Source: Owenia fusiformis (lineage: Eukaryota). Taken from it: 64,000 nt of DNA. The notes under the pieces are model-generated. The model was not told the DNA's origin, ran no database searches, and saw nothing but the letters and a program-made list of their open reading frames with translations. Positions within the stretch are counted from its first letter, which is position 1. The number at the start of each line of letters is the position of its first letter. The stretch covers positions 45,074,001-45,138,000 of the forward strand of contig CAIIXF020000001.1 in the NCBI GenBank assembly GCA_903813345.2, given 5' to 3'. Positions 1 to 13,677 of the stretch are shown one piece after another. Position numbers and translations under genes: made by a program.

Positions 1-1117
1 ATTATGTTGATTTTTAGAATTGCCTTTAGAATCAGGTACCCATACGTTATCTGCAACACGTTCACCAGAAGGGGATTTCTTGTAGTATGGAGTAGTTTGG
101 ACTGGATCTGTTTTCTTTGGCATATTCATATATTTAGGATTGACATCATTACAGAAACTTGTGGCACATGTAACGTAACAAGTTATATAGCGTTTGTCGT
201 AATAACACCAGTTCCCTCTATCCTCATTCTCACAGAGTCTTGCTATTGAGTGAGTTGCTCTATTATCTGTAATGATATATAGGATATAATTAAATATGAA
301 GCTAAGATATCTATCATTTCTAACAGGATTATGATTGAACTAATTTCCACTTCTCATTCTTGTATCGTATATTGTATAACATATATTCTTTACTTAGTGA
401 CGTCGGTTTTTGTAAGTCTAGACTAAATTACATAAAGCTGCAAAACACAACCTCCTTCACTTTCCAAGAGAGAGAGAAAGAGGTTAAGGAATCCTAGGTT
501 GAAATGATGACGTTTCATATGAAGTAAGCATACATACCTCTGTGAGTCACTTTGATTGCTGTGCAGAAGTTATTCGTACAGTTGATGGCTTTTGGACCAA
601 CTGTAACTGATTGTGGACTCTCTTCACACATCTTGTCTTCTCCTACCCCAGTGCATACATAGCACCAGTGCCAACCCCAGCCTTAAAATTATCAAGGTAA
701 TCATAAATCAAGGAATTCACCTTTATATGAATACGAATAATACACGTACAAAAATATAACAATATACATAATGTATGATTTAGCATACAGAACGACAATG
801 GCAAACTGAAGTTATAATCATATTTTAGCGAAAGTTATAGTATACAAATATTCTACGCATGCAACAAATATCAGAAATGATAATAAAGTGTCATCTAACT
901 TAATATTACGCTGCTCATTTAATCTGGCGCTCATGCCTCCTTTATGTTGACTTTATTTCGAACCAGGTGCTTGTGCACCGTGAATGGGAATCAGTTCTAT
1001 GAAATGAATGCCTATATGATGCTATACTACACACATTATCAACCATAATGATTTATATTTACCTAATTGCAACTCTGCTAAAATAATAACTAAACCAACG
1101 ACACACATTTGTCTCAT
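1..1117 (-). CDS. Ly6/uPAR (three-finger, quiver/sleepless-like) protein; 3 exons 1117-1063, 681-538, 266-<1; 3' end outside window
   Basis: Manual splicing at GT-AG phase-1 introns gives MRQMCVVGLVIILAELQLG-WGWHWCYVCTGVGEDKMCEESPQSVTVGPKAINCTNNFCTAIKVTHR-DNRATHSIARLCENEDRGNWCYYDKRYITCYVTCATSFCNDVNPK...: signal peptide, CxxC start, 10 Cys and terminal CN motif. Not called in the ORF track. Confidence 0.8.
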
Positions 1118-2142
1118 GATTGTTATCTCAGTGTTGCCCAAATCATAATTTTCAGTTGATTAAGCACTTAATGCCGATCCAGTTTTTAGATTTTAATCTA
1201 ACTTTTATCCAATGCCCTGGGTCATTGTCTCATCTCTCATAAATTCACTGTTTAATCAAGGATTTTGCGTTTGTGTCTTCTCGTGTTGTTCTTCGGCGAT
1301 CTTAAGACAAAAACTTTATCACTGCAATAAAAGTCCGAAACAATTCATCACACAATTTAGCAGTATAATTACGATGGCAATTATACTTATTACGCTTCTT
1401 TTTAAGTGATATAATTAAAAAATAGTTTTATATCCTTAAATACAATCTTCTGATGTGTCAAAATCCAAGCTAAACTTCAAAAATTGTCGATATTTATTTT
1501 TAAGAATCCATTTAAAAAATGTTTTCATGAATTTTGTTTTCTCATGACTTTTGTTACTTCACATTGTGGAATAACAACTGGTCATATGTTTACTGTTCTT
1601 AGGGTGTCATCAAAATTGTTCTGTGTACCTGTTATTCCGCACAGGTGCAAATGACAGCAGCATTTATCATCTCCATGGCCAGGTCATAATTTGTGAATCA
1701 TTATTTCTAACCGGAGAGACCTTTTATGTGTCTAAACATAACAGGCAAATTATTTTAAGGTTTTATTAAACTTTATTTACAAAATTATTACAAAAATATA
1801 ACAATTCAGCTCGAACTGGAGCTGTTCACCTAGCACCACCATATTTTAGGAAAACAAACTTCTACTCTCGTTATAAATATAATATAATAGCTGTTTTGTT
1901 TTTATTTATAAAATACATATGACTTAATTTCTTTGGCGCCAATGACTTTTATCTTGATCTCTCTTGAGTCTACATAATCAAAACATGGAATGACTGCGAT
2001 TATGCAAATAAATTATGAAATACTGCAGATTAAATATAAGTGAAGATCTTTTGACAGTTTCTCCTTGTTGCGTAACTATGAACACTGACTTCAGCACATT
2101 CTTACAAAACTATTTACACTTTATATGGTACAATAAAAACAT

Positions 2143-5100
2143 TTAAAACGACGTTAGAGTTTCATTAGTCCTCGGAGATCTGCTATTACTTGGTCGTGCT
2201 TCGTCTGAATGCGTGTCAGAATTCGAATTTTCTAGATTATGTACACCAGAGTCTTTATCATCCGCGTGGTTATGTTGATTTATATTAGTTCTTGCATAGT
2301 CAGGTTCATTGGTTTCATTTTCAACCATATAAGTCTCATATTTTGTATTTCCCTCATCAAACATAACACCAGGATTATCATGACTATCATATGTCTTTTC
2401 ACCTCTAGGTGCACCTGCTCCTGCGCTGTTTAAATAACGTCTCCTTCTCTCAATCCTGAGTTTGTCTCGCTTACGTTTTTTGATACAACAGATGCAGACG
2501 ATGAGGCAGATGACGAGGAACACAAGAACTACTATTGCCACAATTACATAAATACCTGGAAAGAAAATTAATTTACATTTAGATTTCAGTAGTTTATATT
2601 ATCCTACACTTAGTGTGCTAAATGTATAATAACATCAAAAAATAAATTTGATATTTATTGGCAAAATGAATAACCGGAGGATATCGTGATGATATACTCC
2701 GGGCGGAGGATATCGTGATGATATACTCCGTAAAACCCAATATGCGGAGGATATTGTGACGGTATACTCCCGCGGTGATTTCCCGCCAAATTGACTCTAT
2801 TTCGCATGAAATTTATTTTGTAATGATATTATACATTTAGTACACTCCTTGTAAGTGTAGGATAATAAGAACATCCTATGTTTTTTCAGAATATCATTTT
2901 AATCTACTCGGTGATATTGATATATGCACTCGTTCGCTTTTTTTCTCGTGCAGATATCAATATCACCTCGTAGATAAAAATGATATTCCTCAAAATCATA
3001 GGATATCCTATAATTATCCATTTTTAATAAGCATGATATTGTTATTATGAACAAGGTAAAAATATACACTTTGTATATTAAAAATATGTTGACCTACACA
3101 AACACATAGTACAAGTACTTTTATTGTGTTAAGAGCCATTGATAGATGGCATAACTATTAATGTTCATTTGAGTCTTGTAAAATAATGAATCATCGTCGT
3201 GAATAAATATATATTTTGGATTTACATAAATATAATTAAAAAATAACGAGCATACCTTCGTTTTCCCAACTAAATGTTGTAATTCCACCAATAGGTGCAT
3301 CAGTTTTACCGCTTCCAGCATCTGTTGTTGTATCTGTGCCGTCTCCACCATCTATTCCAGTTTGATTCTCTCCTTTTTGGGTTGCATCGGTTGTGACGGT
3401 GGTCGTTGGAGCTTGGGTTGATTCAATGGTTGTAATTTCTTCAGTTGTTGTCTTGATCGTGGTCAATGCTTCTGTTGTTGTATGAACTGTTGTAGGCTCA
3501 ATTGTAGTCAATGCTTCTGTCGTGGTTTGAACTGTAGTAGGCTCAGTTGTGGTTGCTGCAGATGTGGTAGGCTCTGGAGTGGTAGTAGTTGTTGGTGGAG
3601 GAGAGGTTGTTGTGGTAGTAGTTGGAACGGGTGTGGTGGTGGTGGTTGTTGTGGTAGTAGTTGTAGTAGTCGTTGTGGTGGGCATTACATATTCACATAT
3701 ATATTGGTCGACGCTCGTATCATCACACTTCCAATCAGACCACCCAGCTCGTCCTGCAGCAGCTCCGATCATCAAACAATTCTGATCTGGCTTGTTTGGC
3801 TGATCACCCGGGAGATCCCAAAAAGTGTAGACAAAAGGCTCGCCTAATAGAAAAAAAGGTGAAAAATTAAGGTTGATAGTACTTTAGGCGTAATACAACG
3901 ATGTATTTAGTTTAAGTATATGTGGGAACTGATACATGAATGTATTTTTCCTATGTGTACATTGACAACACTAACCTCCAACCCAGTTCCATTTTGTATT
4001 CATTGCTCCAATCCAAAATCGCCTCAGAGATGGATATTCATTTGTATAATTCGACATTTTTGTTTGAAGAGAAATTTGTCTCTCTTCTGAGTCTATTACA
4101 GCCAAATCACCTCCCATCTCAATACAGCTCTGTCTCGCCTGGAACCATGTCACCTTTGTCATCTCGTCACTCATATAGTAGCACACATCGAGGTTGGTAT
4201 CATAGAAATGTTGAGGGTTGTTCTCGTCACACGTTGAACCAGCTATCAGCAAATAAATTCAAAATTGATTTATATTGGTCTATCACAAACATTTTCCATC
4301 ATGACAAATAGGTAATAACTACCACAATTGTTCGTTATATGGATAGACTTAGCGCACACAAGATTGCGTTCAGCAGTTCCTTCGATCCCTTTAGGGTTGT
4401 TTTTTGTTAAATAATTCATTTTTATTAACTCACTTGATACAAAAATAACATGGCAGAATCTGGTTGGTAATGAATAAATAATATATTTACTAGGTGGAAA
4501 TTGTACCTTTTTGACAAATGAAGCTGTTATTCTTATAGCAGAACTCATCATTCCACTCGTTATTCTCCACTAGAATTGTGGCACAAGTTTCATAGTAGTT
4601 ATCGTTACTTGGTTCGTCAGGCTTCAACCAATTGGAATATCCACCTAAAATGAGATCACATATTTTACATGTGGCGCAATTGCATTATTTTTTCACTTTT
4701 CTTTTCAAATCTCCAATATGTTCTAGGTTGTATAATGTTGTACGCGATGCCATCTATTCTATTTGCTATTTAATGACAAATTGATTTGATTATAACTACC
4801 GATCGCGATGATAGCCCATTGATAATGGTTGATATTGAATAACGACGAATACGTCATTGTTGGTTCTATATCGACACACAGAAGAGGTTTTATCCTTATT
4901 TCTTATGCAAGAAAACAATCCATAGCTAGCTAGAAACACATGTACACCCACCTCCGACTTTATACACTGAACATCCTTCAAGACCTCCACATATACGAGT
5001 TGCGTCACCAGCACACGGCGAGGTACAGCCGTCGTAGCTCTGGATGTTACCATATGAATTACCACACCAACAGTCTGTACCATTCTGTAACACACATTAC

Positions 5101-7931
5101 GGAGAACATTATTGGCCAATCAATCGGTTTGCGTGTTGATTCGTAACTTAATATTGTGATTGTATTTTAGTAAATGGATTTGGCAATAGCAGTGCTGTTA
5201 AAATGGATGCTATTTTGTAGCGCTAAGCATAGAATATCTAGAAATGTTCAAAATGGATATAAACTTTCATCGGAATTAACACATTTTTATCTCAACTAAC
5301 AACTTGCAGCTTGAATGTTATTTTAATCTGATAAACGAACAAGGGATAAAGACAGCTGTGCAGGTTTTTCAAATATCAGCATTGATTTTTTAATTCGTTG
5401 AAACATGTTCAATACGAATTTTCAGTTGGCGAATATGGTTTTATGTTGGTCATATTGACTTTCACCAGGGAAGTCCTATATGTGAAAGATGATATATCGC
5501 CTAGTTTCTATATTCCTTACAAAACCTCCCAATTATGATGTTATCAAGTTTGTTTTAGCTTTAAGCTAAATACATACTCAAACACTTTCCTTGTGCAAAT
5601 TTATATTTCTACACAAATCGTGTAAACTATCACCATAGACAGATTACACTCCAAGTTAAAATTCTAATTTTGGTTCACTGATAAGTTTTTGATTTGTTTG
5701 GGGGTTATCCACTTATTCACCAAAAGTACCCACGGCAGTGATCATGACGTTCATCGAGATTGTCTGTACCTACCTACACTAACCTTGTGATCTATATCTA
5801 TACAAGTACACGAAATATATATATATTAATATGTGGAGAAGATGTGATCAATGTTTACCTGGACACCTGCATACTTGTAGTTCAGGCTTTCACATTCAAT
5901 GATACATTTGTCCGGTGTAGAGTCTTCACGTCTATATACCATTTTTTCCAGATCTTTGTTCTCCTCTGTGTTTTTGAAGCATCCCTGGAGGCTCATGGAC
6001 CTGGTATTTTCTGAAGTGAAAGATGTAATTTATCATTAAATTTTAAAAGACGAAATGCTGCTGTAATGCATACAAGAAGCTAAATTAAATAGCATGAATT
6101 TCCAAGGCATGAAATAAGGGTTTCAAACTATTCTAAAGCGAGCAAAGAATTATTTCAATTTTCTAATTTTATTCATAGTTCAAATACATTTTAAGATTCA
6201 TCCAAACGTGAGTCAATGTATCACTATTCAGGAATGTCAGGTATCAATTCACAAATGTCATTTACATTTATAGGCCTAAAATAATCTTTACCTAAGGATA
6301 GCTAGAGGCATTAATTAAAATACAAATATTTCCGTACTATTCGTGAATACCCTTCAATTGTACAAAAGACTCAATGTTTGTTCAATACTCTTGACAAAAA
6401 TGTGATTTTGTTAGTTTAATACTTCATCTGTCATTTTCTTATGATGCATCGCTGAGGTCCACCAACCTTCATTTCAAAGGCAGACGGATTTGATAGTATG
6501 TAACTATTGGAATACTTCATTTGGTATTAGTTTTAATATGGTACAGAATATGGTATTTCAAAATGGCATCGCAATGTTTGCAATAGTCTGCAATTTAGAT
6601 GATGGACTGTTTGAATATGGGTTCTATATTTCAAAATCTTGCTACATACATGTACTCCCAACTACGTATCGATTCATTTCAAAATTATGAACACAAATTA
6701 TGAATAGGATATTGATTTTTTACAATAATTCAACATGGTCTGAAGACATTCTAAGATAAACACTCGCTGAAGGTGCAGATCGTGATACGATGCTATCATC
6801 CTAGTTGCACCTTTACGCTAATCACTAGATTGTGTTCTATCAAGATACATCGAGATCAACATATTTTTTTAGTGAAGGTATCTATGGCCATTATGACATT
6901 ACTCAAAAAGTGTTACCATCTTTTTTAATAACCCTCTTTAATCTGACAAATATTACATGATATAATCATTAGTGCTTCCAAAAAATAGTTTTTTAATCCT
7001 TAACTTGCATGTTTTACGAATAATGAAATATATGAGATACAGTGTATTCCCCTTAACAAATACACGCCTGTTATACATAATCCAATTGCCTTAGCTTGGT
7101 ATTGGGTTTTCATTTCCCCACACGGCCACACCCAAACGATATGTCGACTTTCTATTAGCAAATTGATTTTCATCCTAGAGCAGTTGCTCCTTCGTGACAG
7201 GAACAATAGCAATGATTAATCATGATAAAATAAATAATATGAAACCTTATTAGGAACTGTCAACTGTTAAACACGCATTACGTAAATATTGTTTTGTCCC
7301 CCCCCCCTTTTTAAACTGTAGATCTTATTTCGATATTGTCTGGAGATTTACATCAAGTTTGGCTTTACTTAATTTTTAAAAAAAGATCCGTGGATACATT
7401 TATATTTTGTATTACCTGAAACCCATCCCCAGTCCATTTTCTGTTCTTGCCCACCGATCCACGTCTTCCCGTTGATCCAGTTCCTCTGTTCAAGTTCATC
7501 AACTAGCTCATCTTGTATTGTCTGTGAGGTTATAGATGCTAGATGGCCATTAACGGCCACACATGCTTCTTCTGCCTCAGTCCAACTCTTGCGATCATTT
7601 CTGAAGCCATAGCATGTCCTACCCAGCACACGGCCATCACAATCTGAAGAAAATTTGTCATTATAAAACATTTGTTATGTGACGATGATCTTTTGTTATT
7701 CTAGTATTAACATCAATTATTATTTAAGTATATTATCAATTCTTTTCATGGTGAGAATTAACTCTATAAAATTATGATAAAAATTGTGAATATTTTTATA
7801 TGGATCGTTAAACAAGTACCGCCTTTATCTCAAAAATAATACTTTACATCAAATATTTCGGAACACTTACCTTGTCCATGTACTGCCTGTAAAATAGTAT
7901 ATATTATTCCAAATATTGTAATTTGTTTCAT
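2143..7931 (-). CDS. Type-I transmembrane C-type lectin receptor (SP-CTLD1N-WSC-CTLD1C-CTLD2-Thr-rich stalk-TM-cytoplasmic tail), ~659 aa; exons 7931-7871, 7643-7416, 6010-5859, 5084-4952, 4644-4507, 4242-3976, 3843-3256, 2555-2143
   Basis: All introns are GT-AG and the exons sum to 1980 nt in frame. Signal peptide MKQITIFGIIYTILQAVHG. CTLD1 motifs: CYGF..KSWTEAEEAC..GHLASI, WIGG, EPS, WNDEFC..FICQK. CTLD2 motifs: WIGA, QPN, WSD. WSC motif: GCFKN..TPDKCIIEC..YKYAGVQNGTDCWCGNS..CTSPCAGDATRICGG..SVY. TM: IYVIVAIVVLVFLVICLIVCICCI followed by KKRKR. Confidence 0.88.
2595..3012. mobile_element. Non-autonomous dispersed repeat with two hairpins, in the last lectin intron
   Basis: Inverted repeat atcctacacttagtgtgctaaatgtataataacat (~2600-2635) pairs with ~2822-2866. 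Internal repeats of ggaggatatcgtgatgatatactcc. A second long hairpin spans ~2872-3008. An inverted homologous copy lies at ~18132-18470. Confidence 0.65.
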
Positions 7932-8006
7932 CTTGGTTATCTTTGATATCACTGCTATTGTGTTCGTTCACTGATTATTTACTACTGTTTGAAAAATCCA
8001 TAAACT

Positions 8007-8014
8007 TTTATATA
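8007..8014 (-). promoter_or_regulatory. Candidate TATA box of the lectin gene
   Basis: TATATAAA on the minus strand about 75 bp upstream of the ATG at 7931. The region is AT-rich, so this is weak. Confidence 0.35.
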
Positions 8015-11000
8015 TTTTAATGAAGTGCAACTTAGGATGACACAGCCGTCTATTTTTAGAGCGAGGAAGCCGAAGGTATGCTCCGGGTGTTTGACTGGGA
8101 GGTGGAGCTTATATTCCGTCAGTTTGCACTACGAGTGAATCATACCTATACTTGTGTTTATCGTCGGCAAAAGAATATCGATTAATCGAATAACTTATTC
8201 ACACAATTAATGCGGCGGTTCATGTTTCATTGCTAGAAGTTTCTTTCATATTTAAATAAAAAGTAATCAAAGCGGGACGTCAGTTTTTTACGGTTCCACC
8301 GGAATACCTTATATGGCCAAGTAGGCGGGCCTCACTCTCCTTGTTTGTGTGGTAACGTAGATAAACGTAAGGTATTCAATAAAAACTGATTTATGAATGA
8401 AAAATGTTAAGGAAGTGAAGGTGACCATCTTTTATTCGTTTTATGTTGGAAATAAAAGAATGTCCAGTTTAAACAACTTCACATTTTGACAACACCCATG
8501 CTTACTTAAGGAATTGAATAAAAGTTTTGAAATCCAAAATTCACCACCGCTATAAATACGGGACGCTAGATTATTATAAAACTACAAACTAATGTAGATA
8601 TTTATGCTAAAATATATTATAAAAATTCCAAACCTAAAGTTTTCTTGGAATGACAAAATTGTGGTTTTTCAAAGCTGATAGAGAATGTTCTTAAAAACTA
8701 GGAAAACATTAGAGATCGAGAGTGAAGATGATTTTTCATCAATGCATATCAACTATTAGTTTTTCTGCAAATACATGTTTGCTTTTTATTTAGCCAAAAT
8801 TAACGTTTCTAAACCATATGTTTATTTGCATACTTCGCAAAAATGTTAAGTCATTTTAAGAATGCCGGATTTTTAATGCTTAATAGACCCGTTTTTGTTC
8901 GCTATCTTCGTTATATATATGGAATTGAAACTCATCCTCTACACTTTTCAAACAGTTCAATCAAACGAAAACAACATCCCAAATCATTATGAAAAACAAC
9001 AGCAACGCCAAGGCAGTAGCAAATCCCATTGATGTCAACAACTTTTCAAAATGGTCCCCGATAGAGCCAACCAAGTATTTCAAAAGGTCTTAGTTACCCC
9101 CCTATCACACCAAACTAGTTCTTACCCGTTCTTGCCAGTCCTACGAAAACGTCGTCAAACGGGCTCAATCTGGCTGTGGTCGGGAAATATGTCTGAAATA
9201 ATTTACTCGGGGTGGAAAATTTTCTAAGAGGCTCCGTTAAGGAAAAAATGACTTTATGAGCTGGATGGAATTTCTGTGTATTTTTTATTCTATTAGGGTG
9301 TCCTGCATAAAGGATTTCGCCTGCGAAGCATATAACTCTTGCGAACATATCTAAATACTGGTCCGAAGAAGACATACCTTGAATTTTTTAGAAAAAATTG
9401 GCTAAAAATGGAAACTACAAGAAGTCAAAATGTTCAACTCAAACAAAGTTGTAGCTATTCTATATCAATATTTTGTGTTATGTAAGGTTTCGCAGATGTT
9501 TCAAGACCTTCATTAGTATACTTGTGTCTAGAAATGTGACATTTAAGGACAAAATTTGGCATTTTTAATCATTTTCGCTTTCAGCATTAACATATAGTTC
9601 CTTATATCTCGAGTTTAATGCTGACTGGTTGTTGCATTTTTGATTAAATCTGTGCTTGTACATATGTTCTTCCATTTAAGGTGTAGAAAATGTATAGTGG
9701 ACAACCATTGTTCATATGAGAGCTTTCAGATCTCCCCTACCCCATTTATTATGGAAAATTACCGAAAAATATGAAAAAATAAAATAACTTGAAATTATAA
9801 ACTTTAACAAAGTTGTAGCTATTCTATGTCAATATTATGTGTTATTTAATGTTTTTAAGATATTTCAGAACCTATAGCGGTATACAAGTGGCTAGAAATG
9901 AGACATTTAAGGACAAAACTTGGCATTTTTTTTATCATTTTTGCTTTCAGCAGTAATATATAGTTCCTCATATCTTGAGTTTTATGCTGTCTGATTGTTG
10001 CATTTTCAATCAAATCTGTTCTTGTGCATGTCTTCTTCCATTTAAGGTATAGAAAATGTATAGTAGACAAACAATGTTCATATTAGAGCTTTCAGATCTC
10101 CCCTACCCCATCAATTATGGAAAATAAACGAGAAATATAAAAAAATAAAATAACTTGAAATTATAGACCTTCATAAAGTTGTAGCTATTCTATTATCAAT
10201 ATTATGAGTTATTTAATATTTTTAAGATTTTTCAGAACTTTTATTGGCATTCAAGTGGCTAGAAATGAGACATTTAAGGACAAAACTTGGCATTTTTTAA
10301 TCAATGCTGCTTTCAGCAGTAACATATAGATCCTCATATCTTGAGTTTTATGCTAACTGGTTGATACATTTTGGATTAAATCTGTTCTTGTACATGTTTT
10401 ATTCCATTTAAGGTACTGAAAATGTATAGTAGACAAACAATGTTCATATTAGAGCTTTCAGTTCTCCCCTACCCCATTTATTAGGGAAGATGACTGGAAA
10501 ATATAAAAAATAACTTCAAACTACCAGTATAAACTTTAACAAAGATGTAACTATTCTTTATGTGTTATTGATTGCTATAATTAATGTTTCAGGACCTTCA
10601 TTAGTATTCTAGTGTAGAGAAATTAGACATTTAAGAACAAAATTTGGCATTTTTTCATCATTTCCACTGTTAGCAATAACATATAGTTCCTTATATCTTG
10701 AGTTTTATGCTGATTGGTTGATGGATTCTTGATCAAATCTGTTCTTTTGCCTGCCTACTTTGATTTAAGGTATTTAAAAAGGTATATTGGAAAGCCTGTC
10801 ATTATATTAGAGCTTACATATCTCCCCTACCCCATTTATTTTGAAAAAATAACCAGAAATATAAAAACCAAACAATTTCAAAGTATAGACTTTAACAAAG
10901 TTGTCGCTATTCTAGATCAATACTATGTATTATTTGATATTTTTCAGATGTGTCAGGAACTTCATGAGTATACAAGTCTAAAAATTAGACATTTAAAGTT

Positions 11001-11524
11001 GAGTTGCAAATGGGGCGGGTATTCTGTATCTTTGTCCATTGGGCTTTTCTGGTTATGATATATTGCAAACTGCTCATGAATCTATGCAATGTATAGCACA
11101 ATACTTGGAATATATTTAAAAATAATGGGGTAGAGTACTGTGATAATTATAACCAGTGATCAAGCCATATTGGTTGAATTCCCTCATATCAAATGCAATG
11201 TTGTCAAATGCTTGGTGATTTCCATATTACACCTAAGGGTGGTGTAATTAGGAAGTTCATGATAGATATTGGGCTTTGGGATATTTTGGTAAATGTAAAC
11301 ATTGTGAAATGAAGAACAGCCAACAATATGATTTTGGAAAGGATTACAAAATGGTAAAGCTGTCTTTGGTTTGTGAAGCAATGTTACTGTATCTCTAAAA
11401 TGGGATGAATTTCACTTATGGCAGAGCTGCTATTGAACTTTGCAAAACTGATAGTTGCAACTTATCTATCAAATACTGATCATGAAGAAGTTGACACTCT
11501 CCTTATGGCCCATGTCTATTACAG

Positions 11525-12208
11525 TTTTTTTTTTTTCATCAAGAGATTTTATTGCCATTAATCATTAAAAGTACATATCATACATGAGGGACCCAATCGC
11601 CAGTGGCATTATAGGTGTCCCTCAATGTAGTAATTACAATTTGTAAACATGGTTTTAATACACAATTATATATTAGAAAAAAATAGAAAAGAAAGCATCT
11701 GCATTTTAATTGGAGTGTGGGGGGGGGGCTGCTGCCTCTGCCTGTACTTTCTATGTGGCACAAAGAAGACTTCATGGTGCTACAGTATAATATAAGAAAA
11801 TGAAACAAGGGGAGAAAAGCAGTAGAGATAAGGAGTGGTAGGCTGAGAACAAAAGTAGACCAGCTTCCAACTACATGTAACTATGCATGCTCAATAAGAT
11901 ATAGGCTCACCACTGATAAAAGATTGTCAATTTGTTCCTGAGTAAGTGAAGGGTGAGCAAATAAGTAAAGATTTATTTTGTCCATTTGGGTCCTAAACTG
12001 AGATTGGTTTCCAGTGATTAGTTCAATATCTCTATTAAATTTAAGAATTTGTTCAGTTTTCAATGGGCATTTAAAAAACAAATGGCGGAAAGTCTCAGGG
12101 GCTCCGCATTCGCAGTTTGGAGAGTCAACAGTTGTCCAGTTGTGGGCCTTGAGTTGTGATTTGAGAATGAGATCTGATCTGGCACGATTTAGAAAAATTT
12201 CTTGTTTT
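11525..12208 (-). mobile_element. 5'-truncated LINE fragment (C-terminal CCHC knuckle, 3' UTR, poly-A)
   Basis: ORF part SPNCECGAPETFRHLFFKCP resembles the C-terminus of the LINE at 42709-44480. Poly-T at ~11525-11537 with AATAAA on the minus strand. TSD tctattacag at 11515-11524 and 12209-12218. Confidence 0.85.
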
Positions 12209-12689
12209 TCTATTACAGTGCTGCAGACAAGACAAAGGAGTTCAATGTTGAGAGAATTTGTATTCAGTCTGATGATACAGAATGTTGCTTGCAAAGAAGG
12301 ATGAGAGTTAAAAAGTGCTCTTAAAGTTTCTTATGTCCTTCAAGGTAGCATTCTAAATTACTATATGAATCTCAAAGTGCAATACCTATTTGAAGATATA
12401 TCAAAGATGGGTGTCTTGTACCAGTACTCACAAACAAACCTTCGTAGCAACACAAGAAACATATGTCCTTGGCAATTCGCAAATGTAAAATGGCAAAAGG
12501 CAGCGAAAATTGCTATACAAAGTTTCTAGTCAAGAGTGTATTGCTACTTGTCCATGTGGCAATAAACAACATAGTGCACATCGTTGGACAATATTTAAGG
12601 ATGAGTTTCTCAGAACTATAAAAATTATTTAGAGATCTTACATATCTGAATAGCTTGTGGTGTCATGAGCAACTTAGACCTTTAAAATG

Positions 12690-13677
12690 CTTCCTAGTCA
12701 ACTGGTACCCAAGACAAGTCGTACACAAGATAACTGGTACCCAAGACAACTTGTACCCAAGATAACTGGTACCCAAGACAACTCGTACCCAAGTTATTTC
12801 CAGTATTATGGGTGGATATTAGGAAAAAAAATTGAGTTTGTATAATTATGTTTTCATGTTATAATGTGACTCAAATAAGCCTCAATATTTTTTTGAATTT
12901 AGAAGACATTTTTTCTCAATGGATTAAGTAAAGCATTTTGATTTAACTTGAATCACCTTTTTACTAATAAAACAAGTGCTTGAAGTGCTTGTTCACAACA
13001 TTTTTTGCCAAACATATATATAAATAAATATAATTACAACAGTGACTTTTCTACAAATGAATCAAACAATTAATTTGAGCATTTTGAGAAAGTTTAAAGG
13101 AAGTTTAATCTGTTAATTTTTTTCCAATTGGAACTAAATTGGATTATGCACATGCATACTAAGTGTAATAATATATCATGTATGAATAAGTACCAAAATA
13201 ATATTTGATATTAATATTATACTATATTATTACTTGTATACTATTATTATATTATTCAAAATATTTTATTGCTAAATTTCATGAATATGACTTCTGATAA
13301 TATGAAATCCTAGACAAATAGATTATCTGTTTAATAAGAAATTAGGCCCAAGATTTGATGAATCAATACATTTATAATAATACCATCTTCCAAGATGAAT
13401 TAAATCTGACACTTGTTCCAAACACTCATAAACATACAATATTTAAAAAAATGATTATGAATGTGTGGAATAAACATATATCTCTTCACTCGAACATCCA
13501 ATATAAAATAATAGTCAAAATAAATTGACACTCAAAGCTCAAAATGTTACAAAATTATATCAATTTCTTCTGATTATATCAATTTCTTCTTCTTTACACA
13601 TTCCCAGTCCAACACTTGATTCAAAACAAAATATATGCTTGGGTACGACTTGTCTTGGGTACCAGTTCACCAGTTAC
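12690..13677. mobile_element. MULE-like non-autonomous element
   Basis: Subterminal 15-bp repeats (actggtacccaagac-like) at ~12700-12793 and inverted at ~13638-13668. 10-bp TSD ctttaaaatg at 12680-12689 and 13678-13687; a 9-10 bp TSD is typical of Mutator. Confidence 0.7.

Noticed and set aside
3482..3870. Cys/Gly-rich and Val-rich plus-strand ORFs (also 23606-23887)
   Set aside because: Alternative-frame or antisense readings of Thr-codon repeats in mucin-like exons.
4796..5119. 107-aa minus-strand ORF as an independent gene
   Set aside because: Wrong frame; the true exon 5084-4952 encodes the second half of the WSC domain.
10714..11058. Short ORFs within the ~360-bp tandem arms (9855, 10714, 15254)
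   Set aside because: Chance ORFs in repeat units; frames are not conserved between units.
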